From contig CM052816.1 of the NCBI GenBank assembly GCA_028534125.1, positions 73,224,001-73,288,000 on the forward strand: a DNA stretch of 64,000 bases, written 5' to 3'. The notes below the pieces were generated by a model that saw nothing but the letters and a program-made list of their open reading frames with translations, was not told where the DNA came from and did no database searches. Below are positions 13,832 to 25,829 of this stretch, piece by piece; position 1 is the first letter of the stretch; every line of letters starts with the position of its first letter. Source of the stretch: Lama glama. Taxonomy: Eukaryota. Position numbers and translations under genes: made by a program.

Positions 13832-15305
13832 AGTCTATCACAGTTCACCCCCTGGTTCCCAGTGATTTTCATGTTTCTCACTTGTAGAATATACCTCCTT
13901 CCCCCTCCTGTAATACTTCTAGAACCTCATCCTTTTATGGCATTATGTTCAGGCTTGAAGGACAGACTCTCATCAGTGGAATCAGGTTCAAGTAATGGAT
14001 GAGAAGTTTTGGATGCAGCTCTCCCCTGATGAAGACCTGTGAACTAAAGTCATCCATCTCCCATATTGTATGTTGAGGGTGAGATAGGAGCATACAGTGG
14101 TGAGACAGGGACAGATGAACCCCAGTAGAATATCTTAATCAAAAATGAGAATGAGGTGATGAGAGGCACATAGTAGTCACTGATCCATAACAGTTCTGAA
14201 ACCTAGCCCTTTTCACTGTTCTGGGAAAAAAGGAAGTGTGTTCCTTAGGACTCAGGTCTACTCTCTGGGAGTGCTTTTTTTTGTTTGTTTGTTTGTTTGC
14301 AGCTATGTGTTACACCCTCTGGGTTATTGGCTTTGTCTCCTGAGATAGCCTTCATTTTCCCTAAGAATGTTAGGGCCAGTGTTAGCATATGAATAGTTTT
14401 CTCAGTCAATATTTCTAACCTATAGAAGGTAGAGACCTCAGAGTTTTGGAGTTTTTTTGTTTTTGTTTTGTTTCTTTGTTTTTTGCTTTGAATGTCTCTT
14501 TCAGTCCAAGCTGACATAATTCCTTTAATAGCTTCATGGATTTCCAGATATCAAATTATAATCCAGTCCATTAGACAAAAGCCATGTTAATAATAAATCT
14601 CTTAGAAATAAGACCCTGCCTAACATGAGTGCTGTAGAATGATTTCCTTAAGTCTTAAGAGCCTTTTGGTCTAGCAAAAAGTACAAGAGGCATACCCTTA
14701 AGATTCTTATAAGTCTTTTGTATAACTGAGAAGTCTATGAAGGACCATCTTAAATATTTCTCAAGTTTCAACAAGGGATCTGATGCCTGTACCATTGACT
14801 TCATTATTACCCTGAAAGCTGTGTTTTGCTGTCAGCTCTCAGTACTTGATATTTGCACGGAGGCCTTTCCTAACTTTGCCAACTGGAAATCCTTGGAATG
14901 AAAAACATTTTTATTTTCCAACCCAGTAAGTCCTGAAGTGTCAATAATGCCTATAAATCCTGCTCAGAAAGTTGAGCATGTCCTTCCTTAAGACTTCTCT
15001 ATTTTGAAATACTTTATTAAAGACAGCTTTAAAAATACAGATTATACTGTCAACAATCTGCCTGAAAACCACATTATCTAGATCACAGACTTATTAGGCA
15101 CATTTGACATCTTCTACTTTACAGCTAGTGACAGTCTCACCAACGGTTCCACCGTTCTACAACACAGACACCCTCCAGCTTGCAACAGGGGCTTTTCTCC
15201 CTGCACTTCGAGCCCCACCAACAGTATCCTTGCTGACCAGCTCCAAAGCCACCGTCCATGTTTTAGGTTATTCTTATAGCAGCATCCAACTTTTTAGAGA
15301 CTAAG
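13832..15305 (-). mobile_element. MaLR internal sequence (MLT1-int-like), degraded
   Basis: Begins GTCTATCACAGTTCACCCCC (LTR/polypurine-tract junction, antisense), ends CATGTTTTAGGTTATTCTTATAGCAGCATCCAACT adjoining an LTR. Confidence 0.6.
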
Positions 15306-15468
15306 TTCTATTTTCTGTTTCTATTCCTGTATAACAAGCAGCCCCCAAACTCAAAATCCTTAACTTAATTCCATCTGCCAAACATCCTTTTCCATATAAG
15401 GTAACATTCGCAGGTTCTGGGCCATAGCGTTTGGATATCCTGGGGGACGATTAGGTCATCTTACCACA
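15306..15468 (-). mobile_element. MLT1 LTR (internally deleted)
   Basis: AACTTAATTCCATCTGC...TTTCCATATAAGGTAACATTCGCAGGTTCTGGG...TACCACA. Confidence 0.7.
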
Positions 15469-18400
15469 GAGATACTAAATTATACATCCTATACTAGAAG
15501 TATACCTACTATACTAAATTATCATTTGTTTACTCTTTCTCCTGCTTGATTTAAGGAGATTGTTGAGTTTTGAAAAGTTTAAGGGATGGTGGCAGAGACA
15601 GAAAGCAGAAATAAACTGCAGATACTAATGGCTTGTGTCTTCTCAAAATCTATGCCTTACGTGAGTTTAAAGCATATAAAAGAAGATCTGCGGATTAAGG
15701 CAATGTGTTCTGGAGAAATAGATGGATGAGGGTGTCCACAGAGAATGGGAAATCTTCCCTCAAGAACAGAGACCCCCTGAGCTCCTGGAGAAGGAAAGAG
15801 GGAGTCCTGCGTTTTCTGGCCTCCCCAGGGGAGATGCAAAGTCCCAGTTGTTAATGGAAAATGGCAGCATTGACAAGTCAGAAAACACCCCCTCTCTCAA
15901 GCCTGGCATAGAACCAACAGACCTAAGGTGGCTCCACACACAAGGGAAGAGGTGACTGAACAGTAATGTCAGTGACTCTCTCCTCAAGGCGTTGGCTCTG
16001 GAAAAGAACTTGTTAAGGTGGGGGGACACCCAAGAATGATGACAATTGAATTTTTTACCAAGGAGGTAGAAAATGGAGTCTTAGAGTCAGAAATTAAGTC
16101 ATAGAAAATTTTAAAATAAATGAAAATATGTATTGCATGTCTGAGGACTAAAGTTTATTTCTGCTTCCTCTTCTTTCTTTTTCTCTTGTGTGTATGTGTG
16201 TGTTTATGTGGTAATTTTTTACATTGTTTCAACAATATACCAAATTACCATTACTTTCAAGCTATATATAAAAACATGGACTATAATTTTGGTGCATAAA
16301 CTTTTCTTGGAATAAGAGTATAAACATACCCTTAGAAAAACATTTATTACCCACTTATTGAGTATTTTACTCTTTAATAATCATGTCAATTAAGTTATTT
16401 TTGTTTTCATTCTTATAAATAGTGATGTGCTTACTGAATCTCAGAAACAAATATAAACGCTTTCTCACTAGGCTTTAAGTATCTTAATTCCGTAATTTTC
16501 TGTTAATGATATCCATCACACTATCACATTGACTTTTTCCAAGTAGTTACTCTGGAAAATATGTGAATCTATATGTTGTTATTTTGACTTACTGCTTATT
16601 GAGACTTACGGTCTCTATACAATTGCTTTTTCCTCTGAGACTAACTGAATTATGAAAAAAATAGCTATCAAATTGATTTCAAGAGGGATAGCCAAGAGTC
16701 CTTTCCAGTGGGAATAGTAATTTCAGTTTTCAGACAATTTCTACATAAATTGCTCCATTTGATTTTGACGAGAACATTAGATAGCATGGCAGGCATTTCT
16801 GTGTACATTTCACTAAATTATTTCTTTCAGAAACTCATGTGGGCTATTGTGGAAACTAGAACCACACGAGAGAAGGATCTAACACATCCAATTGTTCAAC
16901 AAATGGGAGCCATCATTGCTCTTACTTTGTGCCTGTGAGAAGGGAGAGTCAAAGTGATCATGCTCGCCCCAGGTCTTCTGACTCAGAGTCCAAAATTTCA
17001 CCCTTGGGCCTCACAGAGATTCCCAGTTAATTTCCCCCTTCAAAGAATGGGGATTGATTTAACAACAGAAAAACAACAGGAATAATCCCACAGATTATAT
17101 TCCACCTGCAGGACCTCAGGCTTTTAGGCTCAACAGTTACTTCTGTACAAAAAGGCTCTGCCAAGTCCCTGATCCTCCCAACCTCCCACACTCCCAGTGT
17201 TTATCTTTGGAGGAGAAGAAAGGAATCCCTCAGAAAAGGTCTTAGTCCTTTTCTCTCAAAGGTGGGGAAAAACACCTTTTGAAATGACTCCCGCTGTCAA
17301 AGTTCAGGCCTTGATTTGTGAAGCCTGGTCTTGCAAAAGTACTAAATCAAAGTAAAATGGATTTACATTTGTAAACTTTGTTTCCACTTAATGGGATTAG
17401 AAAGACCACTCACATTAAACAAACAAAAACATCAGTTCAGCAGCAAGACAGATAGAACAGTAAATTAACCGCACACAAGCTCGAAAACTCGGTGTGAACT
17501 TAGGCCTAGAAATTTTATTTTAAGATAATTTGAAGAATCAAGAAACTTCCAGAGCCTATTTATATGTTTTCACATCTACTCTTCTCCTGAGCCACGTACG
17601 GAAGGAAAGCCGCAAAAAGAATGATATACAACGTGCAATCAAGTTGGTTGGAGGGCAGTTAAAAGACAGGTCTTCTAAACCTAAACTTCTCCAGATGTGA
17701 AGATTTAAAGTGTGAGGATTTAAACGCAGACGTAGGCAGCAACACGGCTGTTGAAAATCTTCTCAATACTCAGTGGAGAAATACGCAACATTTCTCAGAA
17801 TATACAGCAGTAGAAAGTTTTCTTATTTAAAAAGAAAATCATCTGAAGGATTCCCAAATAAATTAGCTTTGAATATTTCAAGCAATAGCAGAACCTGATA
17901 ATAATTATTTTTAGTGACCCATCGTCAGCTCACACATCTAACAAATTTTGCAATCTTTTAATTAAATCTGTTTGCATTTTTCATCTGTCCCAAAAGAGGG
18001 CTCAATACTGCCTTCACTTTCTGGCCTAGGTTGACCCACTGACATCAGATTTCTCCATGTGGAAATCAACCAATGGATACAAAATAAAAACTGTAAAGGG
18101 TAAGATCAATTGGTTTTGTCTCTGTGGCTTTGCCTAAATAACATCTCAACTAAATTTGTAAATTCAAGCAATAGCCTAATTTGAAATGAGAGAGAAAAAG
18201 ATCATCCCAGGGCTAGAGCAGTCATACGGCAGGTTGCGGGGTGAGGGTACAGCTGATAAAAACAGGAAAAGAGGCTGGTATATGGCTCTAGAGGCTCATC
18301 CAAAAAAATCCAACTAAAATAGAACAAGTCTGGCAGATGCTGTAGGGCAAGACCAGCAAGGAGCCTGGGAAACGGAACTTGAGCACCAAGGCCAGGTAAA

Positions 18401-20254
18401 TGGCCAGGAGAGGCTTGCGGGGCCCAAATCAATAGATCTGAGCAACAGCAAATACCTGTGCATAACGTTTGGATGAGCTTGGGGGTGGGAAACGTGAGCT
18501 GATGGAGAGCAAAGTCTCTCTGACCCTCGCAAGAGCTTTTTTTCAAGTAATGGCTATGAAATATTAAGAGGAATTTTAGGTGTATCTGGTGTTTCAGCAA
18601 ACATATTAAAGCATATTCCTCCAGATGTGTACTGTCATGTGTATAAATCACCAAAGTTAATCCTTAATTCACTGCGGCTGCTGTTAATAAGCCCAGTTTT
18701 GAAATTCCTATGTTAAAATTGCTTTCACAACCCACTTGAAAACCACACAGTGAGATCAATGATATTATTCATGGAGAAGGCAGGCAGACCTTCTCCGTCT
18801 GCTTCTGCTTGCTCACTCTGTTTCCAAAATCTCACGCAGACATTCACCATTATTTCAAGCAGAGGTGAAAAGAATGAATTAGGTATTATCTGTTGTGGCA
18901 ATCAGACTTTTTAAAATAAAAATGTGAAACCGCTGCCTCATTTACATTCTCCGATCACCATCAGTAGACTAATGAGAGTGGTGCAGGGTTCCAGGCATGG
19001 AATATTTATTTCATCCTTCAGTGGTAGGGTGTTAGAAAGTTGCAGTAGTTACCAAAGTTTATACAGGACCGGGCCTCACTGATGTGATGTGAGTCACCCT
19101 AGTGAATGCTCTGCAGAAAAAAATATACCTTTTTTCCTTTTGGATGTCTCAGATTCTATTGATGGGACTGCCACTGACCCTCGAGACAAAGCAAACTGAC
19201 AGAATCCTTTCCCAGGACTCCAAACAGAAAGCAGGGATGCACATAATTCTTAGCCCGATATCTGTTGGCTAAGTGCCAGTGAAGAGTTGCTGATCTGAGA
19301 TAGGACCTCCTGGACCTCAGTGCTGAATTCTACAGTGCTCTGAATAAATGATGCTTTTAAAACTTACAGTATTCACTATTCTGAGTTCTTTCTCACTCGT
19401 ATCCTTCCACGTGACATCCTGTTTATAAAGATTAAACCTTCAAGGATATTGTACAACCTCACGAGACAACCTTTCCTCAGCACAGATACAGACACACACA
19501 TTCCTGTCTAATTGTTTTCTTTCCATTTTTTATAGTCTCGAAATAGACATACAAAGAGAGATGGTCATGGTCATTGGGTTGTGGGGAGGGAAGAGGAATC
19601 TCAAAATGTGGTTTCCATATAATAGATAGTTCTCTAATTTCCAAATTGATGAAGATTGATTTCTGAAGCAGGAAAAATAGCAAAGAGGGAACATTTTAAC
19701 CTACTTTTGATTGGGCAAGTAAGGCTGGAATACCTATTACAATTTTTCTGTGCAACCCTCTCAGCTCTGCAGTTTAGGAACATTCCTTACAGATACTGGT
19801 AATGGGTTTATTGTCAATTCTGCTTTACAGTGTTCTGACTTTTGGGTTTTTCCTCTGCTTTCATGGATATTTTTGGGCAGAGCTGAGACCACCTTGATTT
19901 TGGGCTGCAAACAATATGCCATTTTACACTAGAAACCTCTTTTCTCTCTGGGTCTGCTTGCAATTACTCCCATCTTCTGATTTCCTGAAATTTTGGCACC
20001 TCAGTTCAATTTCTACATCTGCTTCTTACCCATTTGGTTTAGTGAACATTTCTTTCCAAACTTCTTGGACTTCGGTTCTGCACACACCTCTGGGATCTGT
20101 TCATTCCTCTTGTTTTGGTGAAACCTATTCCCATTTCTCAGTCTGATACATTTCCAGCTTTTGTACTGACACAATCACAATAAACGTACTTGCCCTAGAA
20201 TTACACAGAGAAGTAATGATTATTTTGTAATACCACAGTCCATGTACAATCCTT

Positions 20255-20463
20255 TTTTTTCTTAAATATTCTTTCTTTTTTTTTGTTAGCATGCCTTCTT
20301 TTCTTTTTAATTTTATTTTTATTTTTTGGCGGTGGGAGGGAGGTAATTAGGTTTATTAATTAGGTTTATTATTTATTTATTTTTAGAGGAGGTACTGGGG
20401 ATTGAACCCAGGACCTTGTTCATGCTAAGCACATGCTGTACCACTTGAGCTATACCTCCCCCT
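20255..20463 (-). mobile_element. Camelid-type tRNA-derived SINE with extended tail
   Basis: Minus strand GGGGGAGGTATAGCTCAAGTGGTACAGC...CTGGGTTCAATCCCCAGTACCTCC; perfect TSD TGTACAATCCTT at 20243-20254 and 20464-20475. Confidence 0.9.
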
Positions 20464-21432
20464 TGTACAATCCTTGAATCAGGTGAGTCTGACTATCTGG
20501 AGTATAAGTATTATGTTATTATCAAGTATTTATTAATGTTTTATTAATCAGTATTATCAAGTATTTATTAATGCATAGTCTACAGTCTTTTGCCATTAAA
20601 GACAATTTTCCCATGGTGTACCCTACATAGGTAATATGTTTATATAGACTAGAGTCTTACTGAAGTCTGGATTGCCAGAGGATATGGTGTGTTGAGAAAA
20701 CAAATACAAAGTTATACATGAGATAGTTACACAAAGAGCTGAAGTGAGACTATGAAGTGCGGAAGTAACCAACAACTACTGGGTTCAGGTGTGGAATTCT
20801 AAAGCTTACTGCATCATTGTAAACTTAAGCCAAAGAAACTAAACTGATTCAGGGGATGAATATCCCTCTAGTCATGCTGAATTATATTAATTCTCAGCTT
20901 TCTAAATCTTTTTGGAGTCAGAGATGGAAAGAAATAAGTTTTGATATGCCTGGTATCCTGGCCGAAGCAGTGAAACAGTTTACAAGTAAGCGATGGTTTA
21001 TACTTTCCAAATGATGGGAAATGACTTTGCAATGGGTCTTAAAATATACCAGTTAAATGTTATTCCAAAATGCAACTATCTCACTATGAAAATAAAGCAT
21101 AGTAAACTAGCTGCTATTGTTGGAAGCTAAAAGAATAGCAGAAATGATTTGGAGAACTAAGAGAATTCTTCAGAAAGCCTCCAAAAATCAGAAGATCAGC
21201 TCCATGAACAATTATGTCACTGCCTTTGAGATGAATATTCCAGTAATATGTTCTCTGTTTATGTCTTAACTCTTTAAACTTTGATTGTTATATAGTTAAA
21301 ATATCTGCAATATTTATATGTTTCCATGGAACAGTATAAATTCCTTTATTCATCTGATTTTAAAAACTCTTTTGGATTAAAAAAAAAGCATGAAATAAAT
21401 AGCATGTTTTTGAGTTGTCGTTTAATTTGTTC

Positions 21433-21848
21433 TTTTTTTTTACATTTTTATTGATTCATAATCATTTTACAGTGTGTCAAATTCCAGTGTTCAGCACAAT
21501 TTTTCAGTCATTCATGGACATATAGCCACTCATTGTCACATTTTTTTCTCTGTGATTTATCATAACATTTTGTGTATATTTCCCTGTGCTATACAGTGTA
21601 ATCTTGTTTATCTATTCTACAATTTTGAAATCCCAGTCTATCCCTTCCCACCCTCTACCCCCCCCACCCCCCGGTAACCATAAGTCTGTATTCTCTGTCC
21701 ATGAGTCTATTTCTGTCCTGTATTTATGCTTTGTTTTTGTTTGTTTTTGTTTTTTAGATTCCACATATGAGCGATCTCATATGGTATTTTTCTTTCTCTT
21801 TCTGGCTTACTTCACTTAGAATGACATTCTCTAGGATCATCCATGTTG
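21433..21848 (-). mobile_element. Relatively young L1 3' end, 5'-truncated
   Basis: Poly-T, then L1 3' UTR (TTAGATTCCACATATGAGCGATCTCATATGGTATTTTTCTTTCTCTTTCTGGCTTACTTCACTTAGAATGAC); short TSD TTGTTCTTT at 21427-21435 and 21846-21854. Confidence 0.92.
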
Positions 21849-22039
21849 TTCTTTAGATACGTATCATTCTTTTCCCTTTGTGAAGGGATTTGACACTTTT
21901 ATTTCTTTTTTCTTTAAATGTCTCCTTCATGTTCTTTGAAATATGAGGTCAGCATACTTTAAAAGATGATGCCTTGGAATCTAAAGTCCTAAACTGACAT
22001 GACCTAGTTTTCCTTTATATTTCCAGATACTTGATTTTT

Positions 22040-22340
22040 AAAATAAGATAAATACATACTAGGGATGTAATGGACAGCATGATGACTGTGGTTAATAATG
22101 CTGTGTGGCCTATTAACATAATAAATAAATGGTGAAATATTTCTATTGCTTTCTCTAAATCTATTGAAGGAATATTACTTTCTTTTGACCTATTAAAAAT
22201 AATGAATAACATTACAAATTACCTGATAATGAATCATCCTTTAATTTCTCAGATATCCTTACTTTAAAAAAATTAGCGATTATTACTTATATAATCCATA
22301 CTCCCTATTTATAGTTATTTTTCAGAAATTTTATTATAAA
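22040..22340. mobile_element. Short degraded L1 fragments
   Basis: CTAGGGATGTAATGGACAGCATGATGACTGTGGTTAATAATGCTGT (+ strand 3' UTR piece) followed by old antisense L1-like sequence. Confidence 0.55.
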
Positions 22341-22639
22341 GGTATTTACACTTCCTTAATTTCTTTAGTACTTGTTTCTAATTCATTAGGTATGATGTCT
22401 TCTGGAAAAGTTACTCAGTCTGAAATTCTATCCCACTAATTCATTGTCTGGCTATTCATCCTCTCTAACGAGCTCTTTAAATAATTTTATTTTTCATTCT
22501 CAGTATTTCTACTTAGATATACTTTATATAACTGTTTGCTCCTACTTTGTGCTATCAGTATTTTATCTCTATGGAAATTTATATTTACTTTAGTTTCTTG
22601 ATTTATTTTTCCTCAAATAATCTTCATTCTATTACAGCA

Positions 22640-22892
22640 ATTCAGCAATCAGCAATCATCAGGCTTCCCTGTCCTCACCATGGTTCCCGTGGGGGTTGCT
22701 GCTCTGGTTAAGTTGTGATTCTCTGTGTTGACCGGTCTGCCTCTGCAACATGGGGCACCACGGCTTACCTTGTCAGCCCGCTTCTCTTACAGGTCTAAGT
22801 AGGTTGTTGATTTTCCAGTTTGTTTAGCTTTTTGCTTGTCATTAGGACAGAGTGGCAGTTTCTAAGCTTTTTACATGCAGTATGGGAAACCC
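22640..22892 (-). mobile_element. Old L1M 5'-region fragment
   Basis: GTTGTTGATTTTCCAGTTTGTTTAGCTTTTTGCTTGTCATTAGGACAGAGTGGC...AAGCTTTTTACATGC resembles an L1M 5' end. Confidence 0.55.
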
Positions 22893-24344
22893 CTCGCTCA
22901 CAGTTTTTTAAACAATTTTATTTAAACTCGCTAAATGCATCTTTGAAATTATTGTCTTTTTCGCCACTAGTTCCACTTTGTGAGTCACTGTGTACTTATT
23001 CCTAATGCGCGTGATCTTCACATGATCTAAGCTGTTTAAGGTGCAGCACAGTTTTAACTCACAGCTGACAGTTCACAGGAATTTCCTCACACACTTAAAC
23101 TTCATTTGCGTAAGACAGTTTTTCTCATTCATTCCAATTTGTTCCATAATGAATTTGCATGATCTCTAAACTGTGACCACTATATTTTTATTCCAAATAA
23201 TTTTTAAGATCCATATGTCTCATAAAATCCCAAACTTATCACTGTAAAATCACTTACTCAAGGATAATCACTAAATCCGCATTCAATTTCCTTACTGTCT
23301 TCTTTAACCAGTTCTGTCAGGTAAACTTTATTGTAATCATTCCAAACTAGCATTGAGGGCTGTCATATAAGGCTAGTATGTTTTCCTCAAAAGAGATCAT
23401 TGCTTTTCAAACCATACTGAGAGCACGATACATTATTTGAGAGGCTTTGTAATAAGTCCACTATAGAATGACTCACTAACGAGGGAAAACCTCATGGAAC
23501 AACAACAACAAAATCACACTTGCTTTATATGTGGGCGTTTATGTCTTTACTGTTCAAATTTACTCCTCATAATTCTGAAATGATTTAGGCATATATGTTA
23601 TAACTTCTCTCATTAGTGCTGCTTTTGTATGTCTCACAGGTAAGTTTTATTTTCAGTTCTTTAATTCAGTGATTACTCATACAGGCTTCATTTTCTAATA
23701 TTTCACCTTTTAGTGATGATTTCTTATCCTTAGAATTATGTAACTGTTTTGTGCTCCCCAAAATGAATCAAGCAAACAAAAAGGACTGGCAAACCCTTAC
23801 CCTTCTAGCAGCTATGTGGAAGAATTTTCCATCCTCCAAGTTCTCCCTGCGTGCCAATTGCATTTCTCTCCCAACTGCTGGGGCTGGCAGTCCAGGCCAG
23901 TGACATGGTGACCCTCCAGTTCGAATAGCAGGGGCACAAGCAAACAATGCCACCAAGAAGTCCAGGGTAGCCCCTTTGCAAAGGAATCAACAGGATTCCA
24001 CCACTTGAAGTATTCCAAAGCAATTTTTGCCCAGTTTCTGAGAAAAGAGTCTTCTCTGACAAGAGCATCTTGGCTTTTGCCTGATACCAAAGAGAATAAA
24101 GTCCTGGGGCTGCTCTCTTTCTCATGGATCTCAAAAGAATCCCAGCCATGGATATGACCTGTAGGTGAGGGCAGCATGCCTCTCAGCATATGTAACTTCC
24201 CAGGGAAAGAGGGAAGCACCACGGCACCTAGGAGTGTGGCCAAGATGCCAGCCCCCTGGAATTTCTCCAGTTGGCGGCTGAGCGAGTCTGAATCAAGTGT
24301 TTCAGTACCAACCAGTCTCATGCAGCTGAAATGATCACATTGCC

Positions 24345-24575
24345 CCGGTACAGTTCTAAACAAATGTTTCAAGTATGTTTTGTGAGGTATTAATATGAGA
24401 TGTTGAACACAGAAACATTATCTGATTAAATGTGTTCGTAAAATGCTTGGTTAAGCAAATAAAATTCCTTGTTTGCAAGATTTTTAGGAGGCTTGGGTAT
24501 GTGAATACTCATTATTGCTGTCTGAGGTAGAGTTCAAGGTGTTTCCAGTCATTCTGGCCAAAGAACACTTTTCTG
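24345..24575. mobile_element. hAT-Charlie MITE remnant (MER103-like)
   Basis: CTGATTAAATGTGTTCGTAAAATGCTTGGTTAAGCAAA...GTGTTTCC...GGCCAAAGAACACTTTT; weak. Confidence 0.4.
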
Positions 24576-24905
24576 TTATAGTTGTTATGGCCGTTTTGTC
24601 ATTGTTTTAACAGCATTTCCAAGACTTTCTATAAAATATACCTTGAAAAAAGTTTCCTTTAGTTTTGTTCCCCAAATTACTGAATATATCATTATTTTCT
24701 TAATTTCTAAGATAATTATTATACAATGTTAATTGTAATACAATTATTGAATTTTAAGAATTAGAAAATAATTTACGTATTTGATCAATGTAATCAAGGC
24801 ATCAAAAATTGTTTTACAATTTTAATAGTCAAACTATAAAATATGGGGTGGAATATTAAGTTATGCTCCCTCCCACCCTGATATCCATCATACATCTCAG
24901 AAGTT

Positions 24906-24941
24906 CACACACACGCACACACACACACACACACATACACA
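24906..24941. repeat. (CA)n microsatellite
   Basis: Directly visible. Confidence 0.95.
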
Positions 24942-25028
24942 AAATCAGATCTTCTATATATATCACAAAAAAATTATATAATTAGGCACATATTCTAATC
25001 GATGTTTTGGTCCTTTGAAAAATAATTT

Positions 25029-25790
25029 GGCCCGCCAGCTCATCCAGCCGCTGGCGATTTCTGCCCCAGGAGGGGGATGTAATTTCCCTCCTGAGAGGAC
25101 CTCATGGGGTACATGCTCCTGATGCCAGCAGTTTCTGTTGGAAATGTTGGCCAACTTCAATAGAGCTAATTATTTCCACACTGAATATGTGTAAGATTGG
25201 TTACTTCTACACTGATTGTCTTGTGCCGATGGCTAGAAACCCACATGCAACTATGGAAGAAAATTCAGTGGCGCTCAGTACAAATGCTGAAGTGTATGCA
25301 TTGCCTTCAAGGAAACTACTGGCTCTTCAGTTAAGATCCATTTTTATTAAGTATAAATCAAAGCCATTCTGTGAATTCCTGGGTGAAAAGCAGTGACTGT
25401 GCCAAGGTGGTGGTCCTTTTGAGCAGTAACTCATATCACCATGGTGACATTAGCTCTGCAGTACTCCCTTCAGGTGCCTATTTACATCCTGTATGCAAAG
25501 AAGTGTTCAAAATAAAATACAGAGCCTTACCTGGGAAGAAATGGAGGGGGAAAAAAAGCCATATGTTCCTGAAATAGATGATTCTGAATTTTGTGTCCAT
25601 ACTCCTGGAGGAGGTGTCACAGAAATGCTCTATGATGAAGGCTGTTCTGAAGAAATCCCAATGGCAGTTCTGCTGAAATTTGTTTCAGAAGGAGATTACG
25701 TCCCAGATGCATTAGATCTTGTTGAGTATCAATGAATCCCTTCAGATAATCAAGCCATGTGTATGTACAGTGAGATGACCCCCACAGCGT
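25029..25790 (+). pseudogene. PSMG2: Processed pseudogene of proteasome assembly chaperone 2 (PAC2)
   Basis: Intronless, collinear peptide blocks LLMPAVSVGNVGQL, KIGYFYTDCLVPM, NAEVYALPSRKLLALQLRSIFIKYKSKPFCE, SWVKSSDCAKVVVLLSS, QRSVQNKIQSLTWEEME, PEIDDSEFC..PGGG, MAVLLKFVSEGDYVPDAL match PSMG2 as I recall it; several frameshifts and stops (probable start ATG 25077 followed by TAA); GC-rich putative 5' UTR from about 25029. Confidence 0.97.
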
Positions 25791-25829
25791 TATGCAGCAA
25801 TACATAATATAGCCTCTCTGCTGATACAG

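Noticed and set aside
18202..18654. 150-aa minus-strand ORF
   Set aside because: No recognisable homology or splice context; non-ATG start
25187..25735. Three ORFs matching PSMG2 as a functional gene
   Set aside because: Intronless, split across frames by frameshifts, stop right after the probable start codon
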